A stretch of 64,000 nt of DNA from Escherichia coli. GTDB lineage: Bacteria > Pseudomonadota > Gammaproteobacteria > Enterobacterales > Enterobacteriaceae. Under the pieces are notes generated by a model, which worked only from the letters and a program-made list of their open reading frames with translations, had not been told where the DNA came from and ran no database searches. Position numbers and translations under genes: made by a program. Each line of letters begins with the position of its first letter. The stretch's first letter is position 1. This document shows, one piece after another, positions 14,398 through 22,323 of this stretch. Where the stretch lies: the NCBI RefSeq assembly GCF_003334305.1, contig NZ_QOWS01000021.1; one strand, written 5' to 3'.

Positions 14398-14604
14398 AAA
14401 TCAGACCAGAACGCCAATTACAAGCAAAAATCAACAAAACAGTATTAGTTGATTGTTATCTCTGACTTCATACTCCTGCTCCTGTCAGTGTTTTGGCGTA
14501 ATTCTTCAGTATTCGGTAATCGGTCAAAACAGAACCGGGGAAACGATATAAGCGCAGGCGCACCCAGCGGCGGCGAAGACGCTCTGCCATATAAGACTCA
14601 AACA

Positions 14605-14967
14605 TCATTCATCTCCCAGTTCGGTGATGGTCAGTTCCAGCCTCCCACCTTTGGTAACAGGCATCTTCACAACGCGGTAATCAACGACCTGAGCATCATC
14701 CAGCCAGAAACCTGCTTTGGTGAGTGCGTCAAAAGCGGCTTTTTGCAGATTATCCAGGTCACGGCGACGGCGATCCGGCATGTGGCACTCAATACGGATT
14801 TTCACTGGCATAGCCAGGCCGATATCCAGCATTGCGTTTTTAATGATTCGGGTGACGTTATCGCGGTATGCCTGCCCTTCTGCGCTGATGTGTGTGCGCC
14901 CGCGATTATGGCGGTAATAGCGGTTATTGCTCGGAGGCCAGGGTAATGTGATGCTGTAGGTATTCAC
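14605..14967 (-). CDS. rusA: Holliday junction resolvase RusA
   Basis: 120 aa [38 protein letters not shown]...; matches RusA. Confidence 0.92.
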   Translation of the reverse strand: MNTYSITLPWPPSNNRYYRHNRGRTHISAEGQAYRDNVTRIIKNAMLDIGLAMPVKIRIECHMPDRRRRDLDNLQKAAFDALTKAGFWLDDAQVVDYRVVKMPVTKGGRLELTITELGDE

Positions 14968-15254
14968 GCCTTAATAACCCCCTCTTTCAGCCAGATAACC
15001 TGCGTTCTCGCCATACCTTCCAGCGCGCATTCTTTTGCATACTCAGCATCGACAAAATATGTGCGGCGGTCGATTTCGTCGTGACAGGCAGAACATGCAA
15101 TGGTGGCAATCAGGTCTGGCGGTTTGATACCGGTACCGCACAATCCAGCCAGCCGGATATGTGCCAGTACTGACGTTTCAGGATTGCCATTACATACGCC
15201 AGGGATTCTTACCTGGCATTCCCGACCACGCGCTGCTTTTCTCAAATCAGCCAT
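14964..15254 (-). CDS. ybcO: YbcO (DUF1364, putative nuclease, Cys-rich)
   Basis: ORF 14964..15293 trimmed to [37 protein letters not shown]...; 96 aa. Confidence 0.85.
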   Translation of the reverse strand: MADLRKAARGRECQVRIPGVCNGNPETSVLAHIRLAGLCGTGIKPPDLIATIACSACHDEIDRRTYFVDAEYAKECALEGMARTQVIWLKEGVIKA

Positions 15255-15417
15255 GATTCCTCCTTGCTGCCAGTCGCAACCATTTTTTATCAACCAGGCT
15301 AGCGGTATATCCGAGCAGTGTTGGTATTTCGGATGGCTTCAGCTCAGGCTTACGCTTACGACGATTTGATACTCTGTAGATGTGCCCGTTCATGACACGA
15401 ATAAGCGGTGTAGCCAT
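15247..15417 (-). CDS. ninE: NinE
   Basis: Manual translation [56 protein letters not shown] (56 aa); stop overlaps ybcO start; below ORF-track length cutoff. Confidence 0.75.
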   Translation of the reverse strand: MATPLIRVMNGHIYRVSNRRKRKPELKPSEIPTLLGYTASLVDKKWLRLAARRNHG

Positions 15418-15872
15418 TACGCCTCCTGCTTATCGCGCAGCTGCTGGTATTCACAGCTCTGCGGAATTGTCAGGTGGCAGCCGATATTCATCGCCCAGGC
15501 TTCGACTTTGCACAGGAAGATGTACATCTCGCCGGTTTCCAGCTCTGACGTATGGCGGAGGGATTGGACGGTGGTGACCTCGCCGGACACGACATCTACA
15601 CGGTCTTTGCTTTCGTAGCCGAGATAGGTGTGCTTCATCGCGTCTTTGACCCACTCAGGCGTAGCGAAGGTCTTGCCGCGGGCGATGAGATATTCGCTGA
15701 TCTCCGTGTACCACATGTGGCTGAGCGCGTTCTGCGACAGGCTGCGCTTCTCGCGCCACGGCTTAACCTGCAGGCGTAAGCATTGCCCGGCATCCAGCAA
15801 TGGCTGAATCTGCTGGCCGATGGCCGCGAAGTTACCGCGATGGAGTTTGATGCCGTCTACTGGCAGAGTCAT
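15417..15872 (-). CDS. ninB: NinB recombination protein (YbcN)
   Basis: 151 aa MTLPVDGIKLHRGNFAAIGQQIQPLLDAGQCLRLQVKPWREKRSLSQNALSHMWYTEISEY... Confidence 0.88.
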   Translation of the reverse strand: MTLPVDGIKLHRGNFAAIGQQIQPLLDAGQCLRLQVKPWREKRSLSQNALSHMWYTEISEYLIARGKTFATPEWVKDAMKHTYLGYESKDRVDVVSGEVTTVQSLRHTSELETGEMYIFLCKVEAWAMNIGCHLTIPQSCEYQQLRDKQEA

Positions 15873-16136
15873 ACGGCCTCCCTAACGGAAACCGCAGAAT
15901 GCAGAAAATCGCAGGTGCATTTCTGCATCTGTGACAAGGTGATGAGTTCAGATTGTGGTCGCATTTAAGTCCCCTTAAATGCGCAGAAGTCACCGGAGTT
16001 GTTCAGGCTCCGATGAGAGGATTATGGCGGATTGATTACGATAAATCAAAACTATCTTGAAGCCAAAACAGTGATCTTCGCTTTAAAAACCTTGTATACT
16101 TTCACCTAATCACAGCCAGAACTATGGATCTAACCA

Positions 16137-16514
16137 ATGACCAACAAAGAAAACAAAGATAAATATATTAACAAGTTCAAGAAAGAGCTTTCAAAATATA
16201 TACAACCAACTGCTGGAGTGGACATTCAATTATTTAACTCTAAGGATGGTGGTGGTGTAATTAAAGCCACTTTGAATAGAAGTGGAAAAAGAAAATCATC
16301 TATTGCAGGTAATTTTACTAAATTAGGTGAGGCAATTACCTCGAGTGGGCAGAGGGTTTTTGGTGGTGATCTATCAAATGTAAATTTTTACGGAACAAAT
16401 ACGATTTTTGATGGAGATACAATATTTTTAATTAAATCACCTGATTCAGAGGAGTGGTCATCACAAAAAGCTTCCAAAGACGTAGAGGGCATCGTATTTG
16501 GAGGGAAAAAATGA
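16137..16514 (+). CDS. Hypothetical soluble protein (125 aa), moron gene 1
   Basis: ORF MTNKENKDKYINKFKKELSKYIQPTAGVDIQLFNSKDGGGVIKATLNRSGKRK...; AT-rich; opposite strand to neighbours; stop overlaps next gene start (ATGA); no family recognised. Confidence 0.55.
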   Translation: MTNKENKDKYINKFKKELSKYIQPTAGVDIQLFNSKDGGGVIKATLNRSGKRKSSIAGNFTKLGEAITSSGQRVFGGDLSNVNFYGTNTIFDGDTIFLIKSPDSEEWSSQKASKDVEGIVFGGKK

Positions 16515-16939
16515 TTAACATTACTACTAAGGATGGCACTCAAGTCAGTGGTGAAGTAAGAGATCTAGTAATTCTTCTTGAAACTGATGGAAAAACGGTG
16601 TCTGATTATTTGCAGCCAATCCCTCCCAAAAAAGATACACACTGGAGCATGATTTTCATTCCGGTAGCAATTTATATACTACTTAATCTTGTATACATTA
16701 TTGCTCACCCATTATTTCCTGAAAAATATCTAAAAACATCAACATCTATATTTCTATTCATTTCCTTCATATTAAGTGCAATAGTAGCATATTTTGTTTT
16801 CCATAAGCATAAATCTGCCACTCTATCCATATGCAGCTTAGTGTTCTTAGTGTTAATTGTAGGTGCTAACGTAGGGTTTATCAGTTACAGCGACCTAACA
16901 CAAAAAGCGACGCAAAAATTAGATAGTTTGTCTAAATAA
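16511..16939 (+). CDS. Hypothetical membrane protein (142 aa, three predicted TM helices), moron gene 2
   Basis: ATG at 16511 preceded by GGAGGG SD; MINITTKDGTQVSGEVRDLVILLETDGK... then hydrophobic segments WSMIFIPVAIYILLNLVYIIAHPLF, IFLFISFILSAIVAYFVF, LSICSLVFLVLIVGANVGFISY. Confidence 0.6.
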   Translation: MINITTKDGTQVSGEVRDLVILLETDGKTVSDYLQPIPPKKDTHWSMIFIPVAIYILLNLVYIIAHPLFPEKYLKTSTSIFLFISFILSAIVAYFVFHKHKSATLSICSLVFLVLIVGANVGFISYSDLTQKATQKLDSLSK

Positions 16940-17017
16940 TTATGTTGCCATGCGAAGTATGCATGGCTGCATGTCTGCCTTCCATTTAAAATGGGCTAAG
17001 ACCTATAACCCTAAATA

Positions 17018-17731
17018 TTATTCTTTATTATCTTCTTTACCACTTCGCACCATCCCGTTCGACTTGTTGCGGTTGTACTTCGCCTGAAGCAGCTGGATTG
17101 GCGTCGGGCCATGCTCGGCAGCCGGTGCTGCAATCGCCCGGCGCACAGGCGGTACTGGTTTGCCCTCGGTGACGCGCCTCTCCCACATGTCCAGCAGATC
17201 GCCGGCTTCACGCGCCAGCTCACCATGCGTTAACTGGCGCTCTGTGCTGCGGTGGCGCAGTTCGACGCAGATGTGGTACATGACAGGCTGTGACCACGGG
17301 AAATGCTCGCTGGAAGTGAATTCGAAGGAACGATTACGCCAATCCCAGTATTCGGTTATGACTTGGTCAACAGTGATACCTAACGCCCCGCCACTCTGCT
17401 TACACCACGCTACGAACTGGCCGGGCGACGGCAGGAATGGTCGCTCCTGTCGGCGGGCCACGCGCATTCCGGCGTTAACCTGTTCCATTGTGGTGATCCC
17501 GTTTTCCCGGAAAGCCAGAACCCACTGGCGGCGAATTTCGTTCAGTTCGTTCTGGTCACGGTTAGCCAGGCTCGCAGGGAAAGTTGCCAGCAACTGGCTG
17601 AATACACCGTTGATGATCTGCGCTACCTGCTGTACCTGCGGCTTTTCGTCGTACTGTTCCGGCATGTTGTTGGCGATCCGGCGCATCTGCTCACGGTCAA
17701 AGTTAACCATCTGTGCGGCGATGTTTTTCAT
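17018..17731 (-). CDS. P: Replication protein P-like (DnaB helicase loader), lambda-like N-terminus with divergent C-terminal half
   Basis: 237 aa MKNIAAQMVNFDREQMRRIANNMPEQYDEKPQVQQVAQIINGVFSQLLATFPASLANRDQ... matches lambda P over the N-terminal ~110 aa; remainder differs from my recollection of lambda P. Confidence 0.8.
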   Translation of the reverse strand: MKNIAAQMVNFDREQMRRIANNMPEQYDEKPQVQQVAQIINGVFSQLLATFPASLANRDQNELNEIRRQWVLAFRENGITTMEQVNAGMRVARRQERPFLPSPGQFVAWCKQSGGALGITVDQVITEYWDWRNRSFEFTSSEHFPWSQPVMYHICVELRHRSTERQLTHGELAREAGDLLDMWERRVTEGKPVPPVRRAIAAPAAEHGPTPIQLLQAKYNRNKSNGMVRSGKEDNKE

Positions 17732-18657
17732 AAATCCACCCCGTAAATCCAGTCAGTGTTCGTCAGGTCGAGTTTTGGTTTGCCGGCTGTCACGCCAGCC
17801 TGTTGCTTGTTTCGGTTGATTTCGAGCTGGGTCCACTTGTCGCGGAGTTTGGCCGGACTCAGCACGTTACCGGACCAGAAGTTGTCCTGGCAGGCCCAGC
17901 GAAACAGTACACACATGTCGCGGTGGTTACGTCCATCACGTTCACGCATCAGACGGATATCGTTAGCCCACCCTGCAAAATTCGGTTTTCTGGCTGATGG
18001 TGCGATAGTCTTCACCATGTCAAACATCCACTCTGCGGCGGTCAGGTCTTCTGCTGTCCCCCACTTGCTGCCGTTCTGAATCGCAGCATCCGCTTTCACC
18101 ACAGGAAGGTCGTTTTCTGGCAGGTCAGAGGATTCGCCAGAATTCTCTGACGAATAAGGTTTTATATTGTCTTTTGTTAGTTTGTCTTTTGTGTTTACCG
18201 GATTCGGGTAAGTGCCTTTACCTGATTTGGGTAAACTTTTCTTACCTGATTCAGGTAAATTTACCTCTTTCAGGTAAACTTTATTTTTCTTACCTGATTC
18301 GGGTAATGTTGACCATTCACTGACCACATTATTAATGCCTATATTCCGCCCGCTCTGAATAAAAATCCCACGCTTTACCAGAACACTTTTTGCAGCAGAA
18401 CACTTGTGCGGCAATATCCCGGTCAACTCGGAAAGTTGCTCGTTGCTCACCCAATCCAGTTTTTTATTAAAGCCATATGTTTTGCGCATGACAGCCAGGA
18501 AGACCAGAAGCTGGTGCTGTGTTAATCCGGCCAGCATTACAGCTTCCAGCAACTCATTTGCAATGCGCGTATAACCATCATCGAGATCTGCCACGCGCGG
18601 CTCCTTTTGTGCCGCATCCGGCACAGGAAAATTGAATATCTCAGCAGTGTTTGCCAT
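17728..18657 (-). CDS. O: Replication initiator O-like
   Basis: ORF 17728..18747 trimmed to ATG at 18657 with GGGAGG SD (MANTAEIFNFPVPDAAQ...); C-terminus ...ANDIRLMRERDGRNHRDMCVLFRWACQDNFWSGNVLSPAKLRDKWTQLEINRNKQQAGVTAGKPKLDLTNTDWIYGVDL matches lambda O; iterons inside the gene. Confidence 0.85.
   Translation of the reverse strand: MANTAEIFNFPVPDAAQKEPRVADLDDGYTRIANELLEAVMLAGLTQHQLLVFLAVMRKTYGFNKKLDWVSNEQLSELTGILPHKCSAAKSVLVKRGIFIQSGRNIGINNVVSEWSTLPESGKKNKVYLKEVNLPESGKKSLPKSGKGTYPNPVNTKDKLTKDNIKPYSSENSGESSDLPENDLPVVKADAAIQNGSKWGTAEDLTAAEWMFDMVKTIAPSARKPNFAGWANDIRLMRERDGRNHRDMCVLFRWACQDNFWSGNVLSPAKLRDKWTQLEINRNKQQAGVTAGKPKLDLTNTDWIYGVDL
18195..18307. repeat. Replication origin iterons (five ~18-bp direct repeats) inside the O gene, with adjacent AT-rich tract at 18130..18194
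   Basis: tttaccggattcgggtaa, tttacctgatttgggtaaa, cttacctgattcaggtaaa, tttacctctttcaggtaaa, cttacctgattcgggtaat; encode the repeated LPESGKK peptide in O. Confidence 0.8.
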
Positions 18658-18743
18658 AATTCCTCCCGCAATGAGTGTGTTACGATTTGCACCTGAAAGT
18701 CGGTTCTGTTCCCGCAGACCGACTTTCGCCATTTTTAAACCTG

Positions 18744-19289
18744 TCATATTGCCCCCAACATGGTGGTAACCATCGCCATCAATGGACCAGCCAGATCCGG
18801 GTCCACACGAAACATCGACACAATACCTTCACTCATCTCCTTCAGTTTCTGGTGGCGTGGTGCGTTGAGAATGACAGCCTGTTTTGCCTCACTGAGTTCC
18901 TTTTCCATTTCAGCCAACCGAGTCATGAAGCTATCCTGCTCAACCAGGTAACCGCGATATTCCAGCGGTAGTACCGCCAGAATTGCCGGGGTCAGTTCAC
19001 GCACGTTATTTCGGTATTTTTCAGAATCGAATTTGTTATCGAGGAAGCGGAACAGCTTCTGGCGTGCACGGCTGACATCATCAGGGAAATCGATGGTGCC
19101 GCCGCCCTGTGCTCGATACTCATTCACAATGAGTGCGGCAACAACATCCTGATTATCTGCAGCCGACCAGGCGCGGACGGCATCACGGATTTTTTCGTGG
19201 CCTGGCACCTGTTTTGTTTGAGAACGATTTATCACCGCAGTCGGGCTAAATCCGCTAGTCTGTTGGTATGTAAGTGGTTGCATAGTCAT
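18744..19289 (-). CDS. Hypothetical regulatory protein at the cII position (possibly YdaT-like)
   Basis: 181 aa MTMQPLTYQQTSGFSPTAVINRSQTKQ...NEYRAQGGGTIDFPDD...; placement directly downstream of cro-like gene; family assignment uncertain. Confidence 0.5.
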   Translation of the reverse strand: MTMQPLTYQQTSGFSPTAVINRSQTKQVPGHEKIRDAVRAWSAADNQDVVAALIVNEYRAQGGGTIDFPDDVSRARQKLFRFLDNKFDSEKYRNNVRELTPAILAVLPLEYRGYLVEQDSFMTRLAEMEKELSEAKQAVILNAPRHQKLKEMSEGIVSMFRVDPDLAGPLMAMVTTMLGAI

Positions 19290-19313
19290 TGCCTTATCAG
19301 TTAACGCCGCAGT

Positions 19314-19541
19314 TTAGGCGGCAGAATTACTCGCGTTAAACAATGGTGCGAGGTCGGGACGAATATCTGCTGGTTTAATCTTTCCACCAGTGGCTGAGAC
19401 AATTTTCATTACATAGCGGGCATCAATTCCGCCACCGTGTAGCCAACGCCAAACTGTGGGTTGGGCTACACCGCATAGATCTGCCAGTCGTTTTTGACTA
19501 CCTGTAATACTGATTGCGAGTTGAATGGTTTGATTTGTCAT
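19314..19541 (-). CDS. Cro-like HTH repressor (YdaS/Cro family)
   Basis: ORF 19314..19547 (TTG) trimmed to ATG at 19541: MTNQTIQLAISITGSQKRLADLCGVAQPTVWRWLHGGG...; divergent from cI; AGGA SD. Confidence 0.75.
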   Translation of the reverse strand: MTNQTIQLAISITGSQKRLADLCGVAQPTVWRWLHGGGIDARYVMKIVSATGGKIKPADIRPDLAPLFNASNSAA

Positions 19542-19572
19542 TATCAATTCCTATTGGTATTGCAATGAATGA

Positions 19573-19601
19573 ATAATAGCAATGAGTATTAACCCAAGCA
19601 A
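19573..19601 (-). promoter_or_regulatory. Candidate PR promoter (-35 TTGCTT, 17-bp spacer, -10 TATTAT on minus strand) overlapping OR operator repeats
   Basis: Minus-strand ttgctt gggttaatactcattgc tattat upstream of cro-like gene; AGCAAT/ATTGCT repeats overlap. Confidence 0.55.
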
Positions 19602-19615
19602 TAGCAAAACGTGTT

Positions 19616-19643
19616 TTGACCATCAATACGCAAGCGTATAAAT
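19616..19643 (+). promoter_or_regulatory. Candidate PRM promoter (-35 TTGACC, -10 TATAAAT region) giving a leaderless or near-leaderless cI mRNA
   Basis: ttgacc at 19616..19621 and tataaat at 19637..19643; cI ATG at 19652 has no SD, as for lambda PRM/cI. Confidence 0.45.
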
Positions 19644-19651
19644 TAAAACTT

Positions 19652-20344
19652 ATGAAAAAAGAAACTCTTGCTGATCGCTTAAATCTAGCGATGGAACAAT
19701 CTGGAATGTCTCAAGGCGCTCTTGCAAAGGCGTCTGGCGTAGCTCAACCCACAATCTGGAGACTGACAAGCGGCAACGCGCGCGGCTCAACAAAAATTGT
19801 TGAAATAGCTAATGCATTGGGTGTTCGAACAGAATGGCTCTCTTCAGGCATAGGCCCGATGAGAAATGACGGTCAACAATCAGGGAAGCCTGCTGTCAGC
19901 CATTCCAAATACTTCAAAATTGACGTTCTTGATATAGAAGTCAGTGCCGGGCCGGGTGTAATCAACCGTGAGTTTGTAGAAGTTCTACGCTCGGTTGAAT
20001 ACTCGTTTGACGATGCTCGTCACATGTTCGATGGCAGGAAGGCGGAAAATATCCGCATCATTAACGTGCGTGGTGACAGCATGTCAGGAACGATCGAACC
20101 AGGTGATCTGCTGTTCGTTGATATCACGGTTAAATCTTTCGACGGTGATGGTATCTATGCGTTTCTGTATGACGACACCGCCCATGTAAAACGCCTGCAA
20201 ATGATGAAGGATAAGCTGCTGGTTATCTCTGATAACAAGAGCTACTCACCGTGGGACCCGATCGAGAAAGACGAGATGAACCGCGTGTTCATCTTCGGGA
20301 AAGTCATCGGGAGCATGCCGCAGACATATAGAAAGCATGGGTAG
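19652..20344 (+). CDS. cI: CI-type prophage repressor (N-terminal HTH, C-terminal S24 LexA-like autopeptidase)
   Basis: ORF 19616..20344 trimmed to ATG 19652: MKKETLADRLNLAMEQSGMSQGALAKASGVAQPTIWRL... and C-terminal ...VRGDSMSGTIEPGDLLFVD...HVKRLQ (Ser/Lys dyad motifs). Confidence 0.88.
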   Translation: MKKETLADRLNLAMEQSGMSQGALAKASGVAQPTIWRLTSGNARGSTKIVEIANALGVRTEWLSSGIGPMRNDGQQSGKPAVSHSKYFKIDVLDIEVSAGPGVINREFVEVLRSVEYSFDDARHMFDGRKAENIRIINVRGDSMSGTIEPGDLLFVDITVKSFDGDGIYAFLYDDTAHVKRLQMMKDKLLVISDNKSYSPWDPIEKDEMNRVFIFGKVIGSMPQTYRKHG

Positions 20345-20473
20345 AAATCAGAACAAAATTATGCACTTCGCTTTTCAGCTTACTGTAGTAAGGCAATAAA
20401 TTAGGCTTGACGTTAGCTATCAGGTGCACAACAATAATTGTTGAATAATAGGTTTTTTTAACTAGGTGATAAC

Positions 20474-21613
20474 ATGGCAGCGGTTGAATTTCAATTGTCT
20501 AGGAAGATGATTGATTGGATAGCAAATTCTCAAGGAGTTTCTATCGAAACTCTTGCTGACCAAGTCATGCCCAAAAAGATTAATAAATTTCTTAACGGAG
20601 TGGTAAGTAAATCCGCAGCAGAAAAACTGGCAAAAATTGGAGGAATCCCTTTCGGTTTTTTATTTCTTGAAACGCCACCAACTCCAGCCAAACCCAAGAT
20701 CCCTGACTTAAGGCAAGCTATAAATAGCCGTGAGTTAGGAAAAGATTTTTTTGATGTTTACTATGATATAGAATATAAACTTGAGTGGTACAAAGACTAT
20801 TTAAGAGAAAATGGTAATGATGATCCACTCGATTTTATTGGTAAATTTAAATTTAATAGAAAATTAAATTATAAGGTTGTTGCTACAGACATAGCAAACA
20901 CAATACATTTTGATATACAAAAAGAGATAAAAAATGTCACTTTTGAGAGCTATTTTTCTAAAGTGGCAAAACTAATAGAAGACACTGGCGTATTAGTTTT
21001 CAAGAATGGTGTTGTGGGTAATAATAATAAAAGAAAACTTGACACGCGAGAGTTTCGTGGTTTCTGTATATCTGATAGCGTTGCTCCGATCATTTTTGTA
21101 AATAGCTCGGACGCGTTATCTGCGCAGGTATTTACATTATTTCATGAGGTGGCTCATCTTTGGCTTGGAGTCGATGGAGTCTCTGGGTGGGACACAGAAA
21201 AAAACATAGAATCTTTTTGTAATAAAGTTGCTGCTGAAATCTTAATGCCTGATAATCTCTTCAAATCTTTCTGGCTTAATGCATCCAGCGATAATAATTA
21301 TTATCGAGTAAAAGAGGTTTCTAAGTTATTTAAGGTTAGTGATTTCGCTTGTGCAATCAAAGCGTTACAATTAGATTTGATAGAAAGAAACACTTTGGAG
21401 ATAATTAAAGATCAAGCTTACAATAAGCCCAAAAAAGAATCCAATGGTGGTTCTTTCTTTAACACATTACCTGTTCGTAACAGTCCAAAACTTACGAATA
21501 TAATAATTTCCAAAGCAATGTCTCAACAATTACCATTAAGGGAAGCAGGCGTACTGCTAAATGTAAAAGCAGATACAGTTGTTGAATTTTATAAAAAACG
21601 AGAATCTCTATGA
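20474..21613 (+). CDS. HTH (XRE-like) domain fused to ImmA/IrrE-family zinc metallopeptidase (COG2856/DUF955-like), 379 aa
   Basis: AGGTGA SD 4 nt upstream; N-terminal HTH-like segment (SIETLADQVMPKKINKFLNG...AEKLAKIGGIP); HExxH motif in FTLFHEVAHLWLG and downstream E...AAEILMP motif typical of ImmA/IrrE peptidases; AT-rich. Confidence 0.75.
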   Translation: MAAVEFQLSRKMIDWIANSQGVSIETLADQVMPKKINKFLNGVVSKSAAEKLAKIGGIPFGFLFLETPPTPAKPKIPDLRQAINSRELGKDFFDVYYDIEYKLEWYKDYLRENGNDDPLDFIGKFKFNRKLNYKVVATDIANTIHFDIQKEIKNVTFESYFSKVAKLIEDTGVLVFKNGVVGNNNKRKLDTREFRGFCISDSVAPIIFVNSSDALSAQVFTLFHEVAHLWLGVDGVSGWDTEKNIESFCNKVAAEILMPDNLFKSFWLNASSDNNYYRVKEVSKLFKVSDFACAIKALQLDLIERNTLEIIKDQAYNKPKKESNGGSFFNTLPVRNSPKLTNIIISKAMSQQLPLREAGVLLNVKADTVVEFYKKRESL

Positions 21614-22122
21614 TTCATAATGGAAAATTCTTAATTGATAGTAATGTCTTCATAGAGGCAAAAAACTTTGCATATAACTTCAATTATTGCAAAATATTTT
21701 GGGATTTTCTTCTCGCTTTACACATTAATGGTCTGATTTATAGCATTAATGCTGTAAAAAAAGAACTATGTGCAAAAGATGATCCATTGTGTAAATGGAT
21801 TAAAGAAGAGTTACCATCATCATTCTTCGAAGATGAGCATAGTTCAATAGAAAATTATGCAAAGTTAATAAATTGGTCAACTAAATTAGATGTTACCGAA
21901 AAGGCAAAGTTTGATTTTGCAAGCCATGAAAAAGCAGATGCTTTTTTAATAGCCCATGCGATGACACATGGATATACTATTATTACCCATGAGAAACCAT
22001 CCGGTGGCAAACCTAAAAAAAGAATAATGATCCCGGATGCTGCTGCTTCTCACGGCGTTAAGACATTAACACTATATGAATTTCTTCCAAGATACGCTAG
22101 TCATAATTTTTCTTTGAAATAA
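21610..22122 (+). CDS. PIN-like (DUF4411-type) putative nuclease, 170 aa
   Basis: Start overlaps upstream stop (ATGA); N-terminal FLIDSNVFIEA resembles the first acidic PIN strand; ADAFLIAHAMTHGYTIITHEK resembles a later PIN motif; AT-rich; domain call from memory of DUF4411. Confidence 0.65.
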   Translation: MIHNGKFLIDSNVFIEAKNFAYNFNYCKIFWDFLLALHINGLIYSINAVKKELCAKDDPLCKWIKEELPSSFFEDEHSSIENYAKLINWSTKLDVTEKAKFDFASHEKADAFLIAHAMTHGYTIITHEKPSGGKPKKRIMIPDAAASHGVKTLTLYEFLPRYASHNFSLK

Positions 22123-22127
22123 AACGT

Positions 22128-22154
22128 CCCGGCCACCGTGCCGGGTTTTCTTTT
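22128..22154 (+). terminator. Rho-independent terminator after the two-gene cassette
   Basis: cccggccaccgtgccggg hairpin followed by ttttctttt immediately after the stop at 22122. Confidence 0.75.
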
Positions 22155-22276
22155 GCCTCCCCTCATCACACACACCGTTCAAAAAACCACCACAACCCCG
22201 CTTCAGTTATCGCTATGCGATGCAAGTCACAAAATTAATTCTTTTTGCTATCAAATATTTAATATCAAAACACATC

Positions 22277-22323
22277 TAGCAATAGCAATAAGTATTGATA
22301 TCATCAATAGCAATAGCTATTAT
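22277..22323 (+). promoter_or_regulatory. Candidate PL promoter (-35 TTGATA, 17-bp spacer, -10 TATTAT) with OL operator repeats
   Basis: ttgata tcatcaatagcaatagc tattat at 22295..22323; AGCAATAGCAAT repeats shared with the cro-cI intergenic region. Confidence 0.6.

Noticed and set aside
17160-17819. 219-aa plus-strand ORF overlapping P and O
   Set aside because: Antisense to both replication genes, Ser/Arg/Cys-rich low-complexity translation typical of antisense frames
18195-18307. Possible CRISPR array (short direct repeats)
   Set aside because: Repeats are contiguous ~18-bp iterons with no unique spacers, inside the O gene; this is a replication origin, not CRISPR
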